Source of the DNA: Promethearchaeota archaeon
Lineage (GTDB): Archaea > Asgardarchaeota > Lokiarchaeia > Sigyniarchaeales > SOKP01
Reading direction: 5' to 3'
DNA length: 64,000 nucleotides
Assembly: GCA_004524535.1 (NCBI GenBank)
Contig: SDNY01000001.1
Span: 37,146 to 101,145 of the forward strand
Shown here piece after piece: positions 30,191 through 39,198 of this stretch (the stretch's first letter is position 1; the number at the start of each line of letters is the position of its first letter). The position numbers were made by a program, and so were the translations under genes. The notes under the pieces were generated by a model that searched no databases, was not told the DNA's origin, and saw only the letters and a program-made list of their open reading frames with translations.

Positions 30191-30682
30191 CTAATGGCAA
30201 ATAATTGACATAAAAGACTCTAAAATGTAAGGTTTAAATCCTTCATAATGTTCTCTTATAATAACAGAATGCATATTGAATTGTCGCTCTGTTAGTTCGC
30301 AATATAAAACACCATGTAAATTGTTTTCCGGATAATATCTTTTCCTTATCATTTTTGATCGCCCACCAGACCAATATGTAAATTCATGGGTATGGAGCCA
30401 AACTTGTTCCTTTTTTGTAACAACTACATTAATTGCGTTATACATATCTATTGATTCTTGAACCTCTCGACTATGAAGGAATTTAGTTCTGTCCTTTTTT
30501 AACCAATCAAATTCCATTGTAGCATTTGGCCCCCATATCTCATCATAGTTATTATGACTGTGAAATTTTATGGTTCCTTTATTTTCATCTCCTGTTACTT
30601 CGACTTCTTTAAACCAAATTGGTACTTTATTTATTGTGACATTAAATTCTGATTTTTCATAAATAAAATAATTCTTCTGCAT
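30191..30682 (-). CDS. Hypothetical protein
   Basis: ORF only. Confidence 0.4.
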   Translation of the reverse strand: MQKNYFIYEKSEFNVTINKVPIWFKEVEVTGDENKGTIKFHSHNNYDEIWGPNATMEFDWLKKDRTKFLHSREVQESIDMYNAINVVVTKKEQVWLHTHEFTYWSGGRSKMIRKRYYPENNLHGVLYCELTERQFNMHSVIIREHYEGFKPYILESFMSIICH

Positions 30683-30784
30683 CCTTATACCTCTATATTA
30701 CATAACAAAATGATATATAATAAAATTATGTTATAAATTTTTTGAATTCCTAAGATTTTATTGCTGTAATTAAAAAGAGAAGAA

Positions 30785-31462
30785 TTACTTATTTAACAGT
30801 TCTTTTCCTTCCTCTACCCATTTCTTTATTCTATCTGCTGAAACACCTGATATCAGCATAGCTAATTCTTCAGGATCTTCTTTTATTAATCCTTCAACAC
30901 TATTAACCCCAAGATCCTGGAATTTCTTAGCAGTAGCAGAACCTAATCCAGATAACTTTGATAAAGAGATCTCTATTTCTTCTGGTTTGGGGGCAGGTTT
31001 CGGTTTGGCTTTAGTGGCTGGAGTCAGCTTAGTTTTTGGGGGTGTTTTTACTTTAGGTTCAATTACAGTCTTTTTAGGAATAGCTTGCATCTTTTCTTCT
31101 TTTTCGATTTCTTGTACGACTTCTATTTTTTCTTTTGGTATTTTTTTCTTCTTAACTTTCCGTTTAGGACTTGCTTTTACTCTTTCTTCTTTGGGTAAAT
31201 AAGGTTTCTTTTTCTTCTCCTTTTTTTTCAGAGGTTTTAAAGCTTTTAATTGTTCAATATTCCATTCATGTGTGGATTTTCTAAAATAGTCAATTTTTAT
31301 GTTTAATTCTTTTAAGAACGCAATTGTTTTTCCAGCTGCCTTTATTTCTGTCAAAGAAAAACCGTTTCCTTCTCTTATATGCCCTTCTCTAGAGGGAGAC
31401 TTTACCGTCGCAATGGTCTTTTTGACTGTAGTTGTTTTTTCTGTTTTATCCGTTTTTTCCAT
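30785..31462 (-). CDS. Ribosomal protein eL13-like domain fused to a Lys-rich linker and a C-terminal helix-hairpin-helix
   Basis: REGNGFSLTEIKAAGKTIAFLKELNIKIDYFRKSTHEWNIEQLKAL resembles the eL13 core (R.GRGFSL.EL..AGI....A..IGI.VD.RR.N.S.ES...N...L). The C-terminus has LSGLGSATAKKFQDLGVNSVEGL (HhH). Confidence 0.5.
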   Translation of the reverse strand: MEKTDKTEKTTTVKKTIATVKSPSREGHIREGNGFSLTEIKAAGKTIAFLKELNIKIDYFRKSTHEWNIEQLKALKPLKKKEKKKKPYLPKEERVKASPKRKVKKKKIPKEKIEVVQEIEKEEKMQAIPKKTVIEPKVKTPPKTKLTPATKAKPKPAPKPEEIEISLSKLSGLGSATAKKFQDLGVNSVEGLIKEDPEELAMLISGVSADRIKKWVEEGKELLNK

Positions 31463-31558
31463 AATTTAACACGAGTTTGAAATCCTATTAAAGTAATTAT
31501 GATATATCTTGAAAATTTTTATTCTTTTCTATATAAACCAAAGATTGAATAAAATTAT

Positions 31559-32197
31559 TTAAAAAAAGATTAAATCAATTTTTTTCAATTTTTTTAATAT
31601 TTCATTAATTTCAGTTCGATTTTTCTCAGGATACATTCTTGAAATTTTAAGTGGAGAATTTTTACCGTTGCATTGTAAAGCTACACTGTGTTCAAATTCA
31701 GTTATAATTCCATTGGCTAATATTCTTTCTAAAACACTCTCAACAACTAATAATTTGGGAAATACCTCAGAAATTCTTCCTCCAAACGTTATGTTTTCTA
31801 TATCCGCATTAAAGGATTGAAACTTTTTTTCTGTAGTTTCTCTGAATAATTTTAGATCCGATCTATGTTTTTTCCAGAATCTATGACCGATTTTATATAG
31901 TGCCTTCTTAGTTTGACCAATCTCGTCATCAGCATCTGAGACTGAACAAATCAATACCCTTGAGGGATGGTGATAATAAATTAAGAATGTGGTATCTTCG
32001 GACTCCAAAACTCTGTTCATTTCATTTGTACTTTCACTTTTAGCCATTGCTTCTTTAATATTATCTATAGTTCGATTAATTGTTTCAAAAAAACCGGGAA
32101 ATATATTATTTTTAAATTTCTTTTGGAATTCCTTAAAAGAAATTTCCATTAGCGATATACCGTTATCAACATCAATTAAAAAAACTTTATATATCAA
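31559..32197 (-). CDS. Hypothetical protein, possible longin/roadblock-like fold
   Basis: The N-terminus IYKVFLIDVDNGISLMEISF, followed by an alternating strand/helix pattern, resembles longin/roadblock starts. Sits directly upstream of the GTPase gene. Weak evidence. Confidence 0.35.
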   Translation of the reverse strand: MIYKVFLIDVDNGISLMEISFKEFQKKFKNNIFPGFFETINRTIDNIKEAMAKSESTNEMNRVLESEDTTFLIYYHHPSRVLICSVSDADDEIGQTKKALYKIGHRFWKKHRSDLKLFRETTEKKFQSFNADIENITFGGRISEVFPKLLVVESVLERILANGIITEFEHSVALQCNGKNSPLKISRMYPEKNRTEINEILKKLKKIDLIFF

Positions 32198-32296
32198 AAT
32201 TAGAACGGGTTTTATTCACTTTTATTCTTATTATAAATAATAAAAATTCTGCTATATATTGCTGTGGATTAAAAATAGAGATTTTCTTAAATTACC

Positions 32297-33712
32297 CTAA
32301 ATATAACTACTAATTAAATCTATAAGAGTTTTAGAAAATTCTGGCAGACAATTATCAATTTTTTCCATTCCAACAAATTTTTCAATAAATAATAGCAAAA
32401 AAAGATTAAATTTTCCTACTTTTATTTTCTTAAAGATAATATTTTTACTTTCAGATGTTATATCTGAGGATACTATAAAATCTTCCTTTAGCAATTTAAA
32501 TTCTTTAAAAGTTTTATATAAAGTTTGAAAGTGGGGGGCTGAAATCTCAAATACTCTTCGAGAAACTTCGTCTTTAGAATAATTGGCTAATATAATTCCA
32601 TTTTCGTTTAAAAGTAATAACGCATCAGCATTCGTTTTATCTGCAAAAAATTTTAATTGTTTTTTAAAAAATTCACGATTCGGGGAAAGTTGCGAGAGCC
32701 CGAATGAATATGCAGAGATTAAGCTCCAATAATCGAAAATACTCGTCCGAAAGATTTTTATAAAAAATTTATCTGAATTTTTGTTAATTCCATTAGTGGC
32801 ATATTGTACTTTTTTTATTATTTCTTCTGAGAGCTTTAAATCTGGATCATATTTATTTAAACAAACAATAACTGGTGGGAATTCATCCAATTCTCTTAAA
32901 GATTTAATTATTCTAATAAAAAGGTCTATAGATTCATCTAATCTCTCTTTTGAATCTTGGATATCAATTATATAAAATAATAAGTCAACATTATATAGAT
33001 AATATTTGCTTTGTTCAAGATACTTTTCCCTGTATCTTTTTTGTCCACCTAAGTCCCACAGGGTCATTTGAGAGTTTTGATCTTCAAAAATTGTCTCCTC
33101 AGACCTTTCTACTCCTTTTGTGGGGAGCGTCTTTATAATTTCAGAATATTTCTTTTTGATTGCAAGAAGAAAACTTGTCTTTCCAGCCCTATCCAAGCCA
33201 ACAAATATTATCTTTATTTTTCTTTTTACAGAAAAAGGATCTTTTAAATCTGAACTAAAAGCAATCAAGTGTTCCCTTATTTCATTAATAATTTTTTTAT
33301 ATTCATTTAACTCTTTTGTATTTTGTATCTGTGTAGCGCCTTTTTCGAGAATAGCTCTCAGATATTTCATATTCTCGTGAAAAAAATTTTTATTCTCATC
33401 ATCAATTAACACCGTAATTGTGGCGGCCATAGCATTGCCTCTTGCCTTCTCATCCGCTATCAGAAAAAAATATGTAAGTCCACTTAGTTTTAAGTCAGGA
33501 AATGGAAGAATACCGAAATAATTAATATTTAAATCATCGCCATCTTGATATATTTCATCTCCCATAAGTAAACTAATCGTTTTCATAGCTATTATAAGAC
33601 GAGCGCTCTCATCCATATCATCTGGCCAATACACCTTAGGAGTAGGACCTTCTTCGTCAAACACTGACAAGACGATAGATTTGATTATATGCTTTTTTTC
33701 CTGTTCCGTCAT
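32297..33712 (-). CDS. Multidomain Arf-like small GTPase (N-terminal longin-like domain, GTPase, C-terminal roadblock-like domain)
   Basis: G1 GLDRAGKTS, G3 WDLGGQ, G4 NKYD. About 165 aa precede the GTPase domain and about 130 aa follow it (ADALLLLNENGIILANYS). Confidence 0.75.
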   Translation of the reverse strand: MTEQEKKHIIKSIVLSVFDEEGPTPKVYWPDDMDESARLIIAMKTISLLMGDEIYQDGDDLNINYFGILPFPDLKLSGLTYFFLIADEKARGNAMAATITVLIDDENKNFFHENMKYLRAILEKGATQIQNTKELNEYKKIINEIREHLIAFSSDLKDPFSVKRKIKIIFVGLDRAGKTSFLLAIKKKYSEIIKTLPTKGVERSEETIFEDQNSQMTLWDLGGQKRYREKYLEQSKYYLYNVDLLFYIIDIQDSKERLDESIDLFIRIIKSLRELDEFPPVIVCLNKYDPDLKLSEEIIKKVQYATNGINKNSDKFFIKIFRTSIFDYWSLISAYSFGLSQLSPNREFFKKQLKFFADKTNADALLLLNENGIILANYSKDEVSRRVFEISAPHFQTLYKTFKEFKLLKEDFIVSSDITSESKNIIFKKIKVGKFNLFLLLFIEKFVGMEKIDNCLPEFSKTLIDLISSYI

Positions 33713-33929
33713 AGCATTGCCGTAATTAATTATTAGATGATCCTTTTTTTTCCATCCAAAATGTAGAATTTTATTATTTAAGTATCTTGCTTTAAAATAT
33801 ATAAAATGATTACATTATTTATTTTTATTTTATACAAGGGTTGAATTATTTAAAAAAATCAAGAATCAAATTTTAAACATCGAATTCCTGAATTATTAGA
33901 CCTCAAAGATATATTTAATATAGATTAAA

Positions 33930-34418
33930 TCAGTCTAATTTAAATGTAAAATCCCTACTGATCTGTACTACATCAATAAATTCTCTTAAATCCCAGCTAG
34001 AAATACGATATAAGAATTCTTTTCTAATCTTCCTTCTTCTCCGAAGAATTAGTCGTTTGGATAAATTCATTTTAGATAACTCCATTATTTTTTTTATATA
34101 TCCTTCACATAGTTCCTTTAAATCTGCCATTGGTCTTCCTATTCTGGTATATTTTTTTCTCTCTTCTTCATATCCCATCTCTGATAACACAGAGCATACA
34201 ATTTCTCGAATATGTGGTCCTGAAAGGAACCCGATTTCGGAACTTATAATCCTCCTTAAAACAGTTTTAGTAATTTGTTCAGCAGATTCATCATTTAAGG
34301 ATGTTTCTTTTAATAGACTACTATATATCTTATTTTCATCAAAAGGCTTGATACCACTTTTGGTAGCTACATCTGAGGGAAGATATTTTCTAATAATTTC
34401 ATCATTATTTCTGCTCAA
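33930..34418 (-). CDS. ATP-cone-like domain protein
   Basis: The N-terminal region KSGIKPFDENKIYSSLLKETSL..ESAEQITKTVLRRI resembles an ATP-cone. Apparent TTG start. Preferred over the antisense ORF 34057..34434. Confidence 0.45.
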   Translation of the reverse strand: MSRNNDEIIRKYLPSDVATKSGIKPFDENKIYSSLLKETSLNDESAEQITKTVLRRIISSEIGFLSGPHIREIVCSVLSEMGYEEERKKYTRIGRPMADLKELCEGYIKKIMELSKMNLSKRLILRRRRKIRKEFLYRISSWDLREFIDVVQISRDFTFKLD

Positions 34419-34766
34419 CCTGAATCCCCTTTAATAAAATTTAAAAATCCAATCTCTATTCAGTTTCATCTATATAAACTCCATCATTATTACTTTACTT
34501 GTATCTACAAGATCATTACTTTCTTTTAGATACAGGCTTTAAAACCACGATTAATCTTTTAACTTAATAAATAGTTTTCCAAGTATAAAATTAAAGGGAA
34601 TTTAAAAAAAGGTTATTATTAACACATTAAAGTTGAGAGATCTATCTTTTAAAATGAATGTGAACAAAGAAAGGAGAATATTCTTTATAAGGGACTTCTA
34701 AATCATAAAATTTAGAATTTTATTAACCTCTTTTCATTTTTTTAAATAGTAATTCTAATTATTTTT

Positions 34767-35564
34767 ATGTCAAATTTATATTCTCCATCCTCCATAAAAT
34801 GCTTTTTTTCTGAGCTTTATAAAATTATAGGAGATACAGACAAAGCTGTGTCTGAAATCTGGTTTGAAATTTCAGAGATTAAGATTCTAGAACAATTAGA
34901 TAAATACGAATTGAGTGAATTTTTAGATAATTTTGAATTTATTGAAAAAAAGCGTGGAAATTATATGGATTATATCTCAATCGATAAAATCAAATTTGTA
35001 GCAGAAGCTATTAAATATCTTGAGATTGATATTAAGAATCTATCAGAATTATTAGATTTCAATGGATTTGAAGCCTTGGTTCAGGAAATATTATTAAGGA
35101 ATGATTATAGAGCCATAAAAAATTTTAGATTTACAGATAAATCAGATTTTAAATCAAAAACAGGGCAAAAGAAATACGAAATTGATGTTATTGGAGTCTA
35201 CCGAAATTTCTTTCTAATTATTGATGCTAAACAATGGAGGCGCAAAGATTCATTCAGTCAAATCAATAAAGCTGCTAATTTGCAACTTCAGCGTGTTATA
35301 GCATTAAAGAAAAATCCAGAAATATTTACACAACTAATTCATAAACTTCTTGGACTAAATCCTCGCATTAGATCTTATTTGCCGTTAAAGCTTATCCCAA
35401 TCATTGTATCTATAGAAGATAATGGAATCAAAATAAACGATAAACAAGTACCACTCGTTTCAATTACAAATTTTAATGCTTTTTTGAATGAATTTCAAAA
35501 TTATTTACATTATTATAAGGTTGTAGAAATTAAGAAAGTAAATATACAGAAACAATTGGTTTAA
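34767..35564 (+). CDS. Hypothetical protein with a PD-(D/E)xK nuclease-like core
   Basis: YEIDVIGVYRNFFLIIDAKQW fits D...(D/E)-x-K spacing. Confidence 0.4.
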   Translation: MSNLYSPSSIKCFFSELYKIIGDTDKAVSEIWFEISEIKILEQLDKYELSEFLDNFEFIEKKRGNYMDYISIDKIKFVAEAIKYLEIDIKNLSELLDFNGFEALVQEILLRNDYRAIKNFRFTDKSDFKSKTGQKKYEIDVIGVYRNFFLIIDAKQWRRKDSFSQINKAANLQLQRVIALKKNPEIFTQLIHKLLGLNPRIRSYLPLKLIPIIVSIEDNGIKINDKQVPLVSITNFNAFLNEFQNYLHYYKVVEIKKVNIQKQLV

Positions 35565-35576
35565 ATATTTTAGATA

Positions 35577-36848
35577 TTATAGTTGATAATTAACCCCTGG
35601 GATTATACCTGCGATTCGAAATAATTCTTTGCCAGCAATTAAATTCTCTAACGTTTCTTGTTTAATTTGGTTAAAAAATATAGGAAACAAAAAATCTTGA
35701 TTTTCTGAGTAAGAGCTTATCAATTGTTTTTTTAAATTTGTATCTTCTTCTATTAACTTTGCTAGCGCCGTATTTTTATATATACGATAATAAAAACTAA
35801 TTCCAACTGTTTTAGGAGGATTATTTTCAAAAAATTTAAGACATTTTTTGGTTGACTCAAGTGATTCATTAGGATAGCCTGTTAATAAATCAATTGCTAA
35901 ATCTATTTTATATTTATCACAATATTCGATTATTATATCTAAATCTTTATAAGAATAATTATTTAGAGCTTGAATTCGCTCATCGCTATCTACAGTAAGC
36001 GTAATAAGGTAAGCGTTTGATTCATGTAATACTCGAAATAATTCTTCATTATATGGGCTTGGTTTCATATATAAAGCCCATTTCATCTCTAACTTTTGTT
36101 CAATTAAGCTTTTACAAAACTCTATTGAGTAATCTATATTAGTATTAAACTCACTGTCGCATAAGTGAAAATGGGTGTAACCTGAATCAACTAAATATCT
36201 TAACTCTTCTATGATATTTGAAATTTTTTTCAAGTATACAGGAGTATTTGCTTCAATACAGTAAGGACACTTGTTAGTGCATCCCACATGCGTTTCAAAA
36301 CCAATAATTCCCTCTTTTGAAATGTACGAAGGATAATCTATCTTCTTTCCTCGATAATGAATTAAATCTGTATCAAGTCCATATTGCCAACCGTCAAATA
36401 ATTTTTTATCTAATTGATTAGATTGCCATTGCTTTAAAAAACGAGGGAATATAACTTCTCCTGGACCTATTATACCATAATCTGCTTCAAGATATTTTAA
36501 TATTTCATTTGGCATACTTGAGAATCCAGACCCCCCCAAAATTACAGGAATTCTATAAATTTTAGCACATTGGATTAATTTTTTGACATCAAATAGAAAA
36601 AATTCATTATTAAAATAAATTGCTGAATCAATATTCCTTAAAGAGAAAGCAATTAAATCGTAAGAACTTTCCTTAAGTTTTTGATTTAATTTATCTATTG
36701 GCGAATTTTCAAAACATAAATCCAAAATATCGGCATTATAACCATGCTTCTCTAACACTGTCATTAAGTATTCTAAACCTACTGGAATTACAGGTGGATT
36801 TTTAAAAGTGTTTGGATTTACTAATAAGATGTTCATGCTATTTGCCAT
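35577..36848 (-). CDS. Cobalamin-binding (class B) radical SAM protein, divergent sixth copy
   Basis: PVIPVGLEYLMTVLEKHGYNADILD, then HVGCTNKCPYCIE (CxxxCxxC). Confidence 0.8.
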   Translation of the reverse strand: MANSMNILLVNPNTFKNPPVIPVGLEYLMTVLEKHGYNADILDLCFENSPIDKLNQKLKESSYDLIAFSLRNIDSAIYFNNEFFLFDVKKLIQCAKIYRIPVILGGSGFSSMPNEILKYLEADYGIIGPGEVIFPRFLKQWQSNQLDKKLFDGWQYGLDTDLIHYRGKKIDYPSYISKEGIIGFETHVGCTNKCPYCIEANTPVYLKKISNIIEELRYLVDSGYTHFHLCDSEFNTNIDYSIEFCKSLIEQKLEMKWALYMKPSPYNEELFRVLHESNAYLITLTVDSDERIQALNNYSYKDLDIIIEYCDKYKIDLAIDLLTGYPNESLESTKKCLKFFENNPPKTVGISFYYRIYKNTALAKLIEEDTNLKKQLISSYSENQDFLFPIFFNQIKQETLENLIAGKELFRIAGIIPGVNYQL

Positions 36849-36955
36849 CCTTAAATCTTCGCTAATTTTAAGAGAAACTTGTTTAAATATTAATTACTAT
36901 AATAAAATAGATAAAATAATATATAGTAATGATGTAAGAAAGAAAATTATTGTAT

Positions 36956-38026
36956 TTATTTTTCAATTTTTAAATAATCTTTCAACTGTTTTTTAACAAT
37001 ATCTACGGCGAATCCAATAATACCACTCTTAACCTTTGGATGTGAGAATATTATCAATACCATATCTTTCAATGATGGCATCTCAACATCAATTGGTGCG
37101 ATGTCTAGAATGCCTTCAGTGCCTCGCAAGGAGATAGACTTTAATTTACCAGCGTTTAATCCTTCAATGATATCTGATCCAATCATTGTAAGATTTTGCC
37201 CTATTGCAGGAAGTAAAGTCTCCGAAATTCTGCTTGAAATTGCTGAAGCTATGATTTTATCTCCTTTTAAAATAGATGAAGCTTCAATGTGTAAATCTAA
37301 ACTTAAAAGATTTTTTAGAATATCGGTCATATTTGCCGGAGGTATTTTTTCTTTTGACTTTTTGTCTTTTAAGGACTCTGATTTTGGTTTCTCCTCTTTT
37401 GGTACCTTTAATTTTTTTGAAAGAACACTTAACACTTCAGTCATATCCTTTTCTAATCGTTTTTGTTTAATAAGTGAATCATCCCGAGGAGCCCCCGGAC
37501 CGGCAACCGCTGCAGACGTTGGATTTTGTTCCACGCATTGTATTTCTGGTTTATGCTTAAATGTTCCATATATTCTGTCAGGAGCAATAACCGAACCAGA
37601 ATAAGGTTTAGGTTCAATTTCTTTAAGCATTTTATTTTCTTTTTTAGTAGTTGTTTTAGCTATAAAGGAAGGTGTATTAGATATTTCTATTCTATCTAGT
37701 TCATTATTCTTTCTATTTGGAGATTTTAAAGATTCCATCGGTTGATTCGGTAGAGGCTCTATTTTAGGGATTTCATGTAAATCTAAATTGTTTGATGTTT
37801 GTATTTTATTAAGGTTAGGATTAAAAAATCTTGTTTCACTGGGGATTTTTTCTGCTTCTCTTCTTATTTTTTTTTTTTCCTTTTTTTTTTTAATTTCTTT
37901 AGGTTTTTGAGTTGCTATTTTAATTCTAGGAGACTTTGAAGGAACTGGAAGCAATGCCCCGCACTTTCTACAAAAACGACCATTTTCCTCGTTGTTAGTA
38001 ACGCCACAGTTGCTGCAAATTATCAT
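36956..38026 (-). CDS. Zinc ribbon, Lys-rich disordered linker and Roadblock/LC7 (MglB-like) domain protein
   Basis: MIICSNCG...FCRKCG, a low-complexity K/E/P linker, then a C-terminal ~115 aa roadblock-like region (HIEASSILKGDKIIASA...ISLRGTEGILDIAPI). Confidence 0.6.
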   Translation of the reverse strand: MIICSNCGVTNNEENGRFCRKCGALLPVPSKSPRIKIATQKPKEIKKKKEKKKIRREAEKIPSETRFFNPNLNKIQTSNNLDLHEIPKIEPLPNQPMESLKSPNRKNNELDRIEISNTPSFIAKTTTKKENKMLKEIEPKPYSGSVIAPDRIYGTFKHKPEIQCVEQNPTSAAVAGPGAPRDDSLIKQKRLEKDMTEVLSVLSKKLKVPKEEKPKSESLKDKKSKEKIPPANMTDILKNLLSLDLHIEASSILKGDKIIASAISSRISETLLPAIGQNLTMIGSDIIEGLNAGKLKSISLRGTEGILDIAPIDVEMPSLKDMVLIIFSHPKVKSGIIGFAVDIVKKQLKDYLKIEK

Positions 38027-38194
38027 GGGAATTAAATTTTAGTTTTAAATGTTATTTTAATTATAAAAATTCGATTTTATTAATGTTTATATTATAATTT
38101 AAAATTCAAAAAAACTAACCAGAGTTTTAAAATATCAGGATATATTATATTAGATAAAATAATTCACCTTCTTTATATAGGATTTCTTTTAGTC

Positions 38195-39133
38195 TCATTT
38201 ATATAAGATTTCTTTTAATAAATTAACAAGTGTGAGGTATTCATCTTTATTAATATCTGGATCTTCTCTGATTGCTAATAAATAATAGGGCGGGCCATTT
38301 TCTTTTATTGTAAATGGTTTGAATAAAAAAAATCTTCCAAATCTTTGGATTATCATTTTTTCTTCGGATTTTTCATAGATAAATTCCGAATATAGAAAAC
38401 TGTCATTTAAACTTAAGAAATAAGGAGTGGTTTGGTTCAAAATATCCTTTACTGCCGCATTATTATAGTATGAACCAACAATGAGAGAATTATCGTCTAT
38501 AATTTGAACACCTTCTGCTTTAAATTTAGTAGCGAAAGTTTCAATAGTTTTTTGAATTAAATTCGCTTTTGGATATAACGTTAAAAATATTTCCGATATT
38601 GCAGTGATAATCGACGATAAGTAGTAGATTGAAGTTCTGTAAAAATAGAATTTTTTGTATTCCATTGAATTTTTAATTTTATCCTGTAAGCTTAGTAAAA
38701 ATTTATCCAAATCATCTTGGTCCTCTTTAGCCAAGTTTGGGTCACATTTATGAAAAAAAACATAAATAGGGGGTTCAATTTCAAGGGTCTTAAATTGTTT
38801 AATAACATCACTTAAATAAGACAAGGATTCTTGAATTCTTTCTTTATCTCGCACGTCGATTACATAAATGGCAATTTCGGTTTTATCGAAGTATTTATTT
38901 GGACTTTTGAGGTATGAAATCCGATAGGCTATTTGCCCTCCTAAATCCCATTCTGAAATGTTTCTCCCTAAATATTGGAAAACCAGTCGTTGTGCACCTC
39001 GAGTAGGTTCAATATTAGCTATTTTTGAGAATTCTCTCTTAAGTGCAAATATAATTGAAGTCTTACCTGCGGAATCAAGACCTGTAAATAGAATTTTTTG
39101 AAGTTTAGCACTTTCATCTTTTAAATATTCCAA
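38195..39133 (-). CDS. Small GTPase with a C-terminal roadblock-like domain (Rag/Gtr-like architecture)
   Basis: G1 GLDSAGKTS, G3 WDLGGQ, G4 HKCD (HKxD as in Rag/Gtr GTPases). Its 312 aa leave about 135 aa C-terminal to the G domain. Confidence 0.75.
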   Translation of the reverse strand: MEYLKDESAKLQKILFTGLDSAGKTSIIFALKREFSKIANIEPTRGAQRLVFQYLGRNISEWDLGGQIAYRISYLKSPNKYFDKTEIAIYVIDVRDKERIQESLSYLSDVIKQFKTLEIEPPIYVFFHKCDPNLAKEDQDDLDKFLLSLQDKIKNSMEYKKFYFYRTSIYYLSSIITAISEIFLTLYPKANLIQKTIETFATKFKAEGVQIIDDNSLIVGSYYNNAAVKDILNQTTPYFLSLNDSFLYSEFIYEKSEEKMIIQRFGRFFLFKPFTIKENGPPYYLLAIREDPDINKDEYLTLVNLLKEILYK

Positions 39134-39198
39134 ATATTCGCACCAAAATTCTTTCTATCTTCCTAATATCTTCTATAAATATAATTGTTATATTAAAT

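Noticed and set aside
34057-34434. 125-aa plus-strand ORF
   Set aside because: It almost completely overlaps the minus-strand ATP-cone-like ORF, and its sequence is low-complexity Ser/Ile/Phe-rich.
37101-37604. 167-aa plus-strand ORF (and 37276..37470)
   Set aside because: It is antisense to the zinc-ribbon/roadblock gene, whose domains are recognisable.
37867-37891. Two long homopolymer runs (T12 at 37867..37878 and T11 at 37881..37891; A-runs in the sense strand) inside the zinc-ribbon/roadblock CDS, as possible slippage or phase-variation sites
   Set aside because: They encode an in-frame KKKKEKKK stretch within a clearly disordered Lys-rich linker. This is common in AT-rich genomes, and there is no evidence of frame disruption.
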